Source: Candidatus Kaiserbacteria bacterium
GTDB lineage: Bacteria > Patescibacteriota > Minisyncoccia > Phycocordibacterales > UBA2100
Assembly: GCA_016214605.1 (NCBI GenBank)
Contig: JACROD010000030.1
Coordinates: 1 to 28,581 of the forward strand
Direction: 5' to 3'
Length of the DNA: 28,581 nucleotides
The notes beneath the pieces were generated by a model, which did not search any database, was not told the origin of the DNA, and saw nothing but the letters and a program-made list of their open reading frames with translations. The position numbers were made by a program, and so were the translations under genes. Below, one piece after another: positions 25,676 through 28,581 of the stretch. Position 1 is the first letter of the stretch; each line of letters begins with the position of its first letter.

Positions 25676-28159
25676 ATGGCACGCAAAGAAATCCCCAAAG
25701 CGCCCGCTCCGACCCCCAATCCTCTTGGCGTCATTGCGCGTTCTATCACTACCGAGATGCGCGAGAGCTATCTCGACTACGCGATGACCGTCATCACAGC
25801 GCGTGCATTGCCGGATGTACGCGATGGTCTCAAGCCCGTACACCGCCGCATACTCTACGCTATGCTCGAAGCTGGTCTCACTGCCGGCGCCAAGACCCGC
25901 AAATCTGCGACCGTGGTCGGCGATGTGCTCGGCAAATACCATCCGCACGGCGATGCATCCGTCTATGATGCAATGGTCAAGATGGCGCAGGATTTCTCCA
26001 TGCGCTATCCGCTCGTGATCGGCCAAGGCAACTTCGGCTCGATCGACGGCGACGGCGCCGCAGCCTACCGCTACACCGAAGCCAAGATGTCCAAGCTTGC
26101 GGGCGAGATGGTCAAAGACCTCGAGAAGAACACCGTCGATTTCCGCCCCAATTATGACAACACCAAGACCGAGCCGACCGTCCTGCCGGCGGCGGCCCCC
26201 AATCTCTTGCTCAACGGCACGCTCGGTATCGCGGTCGGTATGGCATCCAACATCCCGCCGCACAATCTGCGCGAAGTGTGCGAGGCTGCTATTCATCTCA
26301 TCGAAGAGCCCGACGCGACGACCGAAGACCTCCTCAAATTCGTCCAGGGCCCTGATTTCCCGACGGGCTGCATCGCATTCGATCACAAAGACATCGCACA
26401 CGCCTATGCCACCGGGCGCGGCGGCGTCGTGGTGCGCGGCAATACCGAGATCATCGAAGGCAAGAAAGGCGACTACCAGATCATCATCTCTTCGATCCCG
26501 TATCGTGTGGTCAAGGCCGATCTCATCACCAAGATCGCCGACCTGGTGCACGAGAAGAAGCTCGAGGGTATCAAGGATGTCCGCGATGAATCGACCACCG
26601 ATATCCGCATCGTGATCGACCTCAAGTCGAGCGCCAATGCACAGACCGTGCTCAACTACCTCTACAAGCACACGCAGCTCGAAGACACCTTCCACTACAA
26701 CGTCGTCGCGCTCGTCGACGGCGTCCCGCAGACACTCTCGCTCAAGGCGATTCTCGAATACTACATCGCGCATCGCCGCGAGGTGGTGACCCGCCGCACG
26801 CAATTCGACCTCGACAAGGCGCTTGCCCGCGAGCACATCCTGCTCGGCCTCAAGAAAGCGCTCGATCATATCGATGCGATCATCAAGCTCATCCGCGCAT
26901 CGCGCACCGTCGAAGACGCCAAGGCGGGACTCATGAAGACATTTAAATTTTCCGACATCCAGGCGCAGGCGATCCTCGACATGCGCCTGCAAAAGCTCGC
27001 TGGCCTCGAGCGCAAGAAGATCGAGGACGAACTCAAAGAAGTGCAGGATCTCATCGCTGAGCTCCAGGCTCTCCTCAAGAGTGCGGTCAAAATGATGAGT
27101 CTCATCAAGAAAGAGATCCGTGAGATCATCGAGAAGTACGGCGACGACCGCCGCACCAAGATCATGAAACATGGCCCCAAGGAGCTCAAGATGGAAGACC
27201 TCGTCGCCGACGAAGAGTCCGTGCTCGTGCTCACCTCTGGCGGCTATATCAAGCGCACCAATCCGCACGAATACCGCCTCCAGAAGCGCGGCGGTGTCGG
27301 CGTGGTAGACCTCAATACAAAGGAAGAAGACTTCGTCACGCAGTTCCTCACTGCATCCGCTCATAGCGATATCCTCTTCTTCTCCGATCGCGGTAAGGCC
27401 TATCAACTCAAGATGTACGAACTCCCCGAAGGTAAGCGTGCCACCAAGGGCAAGGCCCTGGTCAACTTCCTCTCGCTCGAAGGCGGCGAAAACATCACCT
27501 CGATCCTCGCTATGCCAAAATCGCTCAAAGCATCCGACGGCCTGAGTCTCCTCCTGTGTACGCGCGACGGCACGGTCAAGCGCACCAATGCGGAAGCCTT
27601 CAAGGAAGTCCGACGCTCGGGGCTTATCGCGATTGGCCTCGACAAGGGCGATGCACTCATCTCGGCACAGTTTGTGCGCGACGGCGACGATGCCATGATC
27701 GTCACCTCCAAGGGCCAGTCGATCCGCTTCGCGGTCAAAGATGTCCGCGAGATGGGTCGCCAGGCAGGCGGCGTACGCGGCATGAAGCTTGCCAAGGGCG
27801 ATATGGTCGTCGGTGCTGGTATCGTCCCCAAGGGCGTCAAAGATGCGCAGGTGCTCGTGCTCTCATCGAGTGGCTATGGCAAGAAGACCAAGATGACCGA
27901 ATACAAAGTCCAAGGCCGCGGCGGCTCCGGTATCAAGACCATGTCGATCACTCCCAAGACCAAACAACTCGTTGGCGCCACGATCATCACCGACGGCGGC
28001 GAGCTCGTCGCCATGTCCCAAAAAGGCCAGGCGATCCGCACCGAGCTCAAAGAGATCCCATCGCTCTCCCGCGCGACCCAAGGTGTCCGCATTATGAAGA
28101 TGCGCGAAGGCGACAGCGTAGCATCGTTTGTGGTGTTTGAGGGTGGGGAGGAGAAATAA
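25676..28159 (+). CDS. gyrA: DNA gyrase subunit A
   Basis: [29 protein letters not shown] (active-site Tyr region). GyrA-box-like [11 protein letters not shown]-terminal beta-pinwheel repeats. 827 aa. Confidence 0.95.
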   Translation: MARKEIPKAPAPTPNPLGVIARSITTEMRESYLDYAMTVITARALPDVRDGLKPVHRRILYAMLEAGLTAGAKTRKSATVVGDVLGKYHPHGDASVYDAMVKMAQDFSMRYPLVIGQGNFGSIDGDGAAAYRYTEAKMSKLAGEMVKDLEKNTVDFRPNYDNTKTEPTVLPAAAPNLLLNGTLGIAVGMASNIPPHNLREVCEAAIHLIEEPDATTEDLLKFVQGPDFPTGCIAFDHKDIAHAYATGRGGVVVRGNTEIIEGKKGDYQIIISSIPYRVVKADLITKIADLVHEKKLEGIKDVRDESTTDIRIVIDLKSSANAQTVLNYLYKHTQLEDTFHYNVVALVDGVPQTLSLKAILEYYIAHRREVVTRRTQFDLDKALAREHILLGLKKALDHIDAIIKLIRASRTVEDAKAGLMKTFKFSDIQAQAILDMRLQKLAGLERKKIEDELKEVQDLIAELQALLKSAVKMMSLIKKEIREIIEKYGDDRRTKIMKHGPKELKMEDLVADEESVLVLTSGGYIKRTNPHEYRLQKRGGVGVVDLNTKEEDFVTQFLTASAHSDILFFSDRGKAYQLKMYELPEGKRATKGKALVNFLSLEGGENITSILAMPKSLKASDGLSLLLCTRDGTVKRTNAEAFKEVRRSGLIAIGLDKGDALISAQFVRDGDDAMIVTSKGQSIRFAVKDVREMGRQAGGVRGMKLAKGDMVVGAGIVPKGVKDAQVLVLSSSGYGKKTKMTEYKVQGRGGSGIKTMSITPKTKQLVGATIITDGGELVAMSQKGQAIRTELKEIPSLSRATQGVRIMKMREGDSVASFVVFEGGEEK

Positions 28160-28503
28160 CGGACTGCTTAAAGAACATTGAGGCTGGCTAAAGAAATATT
28201 TTGCCTCCTAAAGCTTTTTTCCGAGGGTGCAGATAAAAACAAGTTAAGCAATAAGGTATCTGATTTTATATCAAGGGTCGTAGGAAAAAAGATAGGCACA
28301 GTTAATTGCTGAGGAAGAAAAAGGGGAGCACATTTTTAATTTGCTCAATGTGTGTTGTAGTGCGAAAAAAGGAAAAAAGACAGACGTTGGCGGGGTTTGA
28401 CTTTTGCTAAAATATCAGTATCGTGAGCATCGGACAGATAGTCCTACAAAAACCCCTCAAGCCGAACACCGACTTTTTTGAATAATCGATGCTGGTAATG
28501 CCT

Positions 28504-28581
28504 TTAAGATAGCACGTTTCTGTTTTTTCTCCTCTCGTTTCTTCCACTTTGCGATCTCGATATCCCACGCTTCCTGTGGCG
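28504..28581 (-). CDS. possible 3' end of a minus-strand gene that continues beyond the window (basic C-terminal tail ...RHRKRGISRSQSGRNERRKNRNVLS*)
   Basis: Open frame to the window edge ending in TAA. Only 26 codons are visible. Confidence 0.2.
   Translation of the reverse strand, partial: RHRKRGISRSQSGRNERRKNRNVLS

Noticed and set aside
25803-28140. Alternate-frame ORFs inside gyrA: 25803..26018, 26097..26615, 27556..28140 on the plus strand, and several on the minus strand
   Set aside because: They lie inside an unambiguous 827-aa GyrA reading frame. Their Arg/Ser/Pro-rich composition is typical of frame artefacts.
1-28581. CRISPR arrays, IS elements, transposases and integrases
   Set aside because: There are no regularly spaced direct repeats, and no ORF with a DDE transposase, tyrosine integrase or serine integrase signature. 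The only mobile-looking feature is the repeat-bracketed flotillin cassette, which has no integrase.

Overview
This 28.6-kb window is bacterial chromosomal DNA of about 58% GC with high GC3 codon usage. It is densely packed with housekeeping genes on both strands. The bearings on it are rough only: a compact genome, a short-form ribosomal protein S1 and many apparently leaderless genes are compatible with an uncultivated small-genome lineage such as CPR-like bacteria or an Actinobacteria-like host, and I cannot place it more firmly than that.

Recognisable genes, in order along the window:
- a cation-diffusion-facilitator (CDF) transporter
- an orphan PilM-like actin-fold ATPase, divergent from a GT1/GT4 glycosyltransferase
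- two small membrane proteins
- a Pif1-family helicase carrying a C-terminal Myb/SANT-like extension
- Obg
- TrxB
- a reduced division cluster reading rpsU-ybeY-ftsA-ftsZ
- a large flotillin/SPFH protein
- a divergent histidyl-tRNA synthetase-like gene, then lepB
- pth, a P-loop kinase-like protein, and a P1B heavy-metal ATPase without an N-terminal metal-binding domain
- a secreted trypsin-like protease
- rpsA
- an MBL-fold hydrolase
- gyrA

The most interesting structure I found is the flotillin gene. It sits in a self-contained cassette with its own promoter, Shine-Dalgarno (SD) ribosome-binding site and terminator. The cassette is bracketed by two imperfect direct repeats of about 100 bp that share a 36-bp identical core. 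One repeat is the real 3' end of the hisS-like gene. The other is a displaced, non-initiating coding fragment of the same gene end, diverged almost only at synonymous sites. This looks like an integration or recombination scar at a gene 3' end.

Other things worth a second look:
- A 45-codon SD-led ORF (His-rich, then a Gly-zipper hydrophobic segment) hides in the 0.7-kb region upstream of rpsA that otherwise has no ORF.
- A 40-bp perfect palindrome precedes a low-GC islet that encodes a 90-aa protein.
- A -10-like TAnnnT hexamer lies 5-11 nt upstream of the start codon of most genes, which suggests widespread leaderless translation.
- There are two DnaA-box 9-mers and several bidirectional terminators.

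I found no rRNA, tRNA, CRISPR or transposase. Coordinates of short motifs may be off by 1-2 nt.
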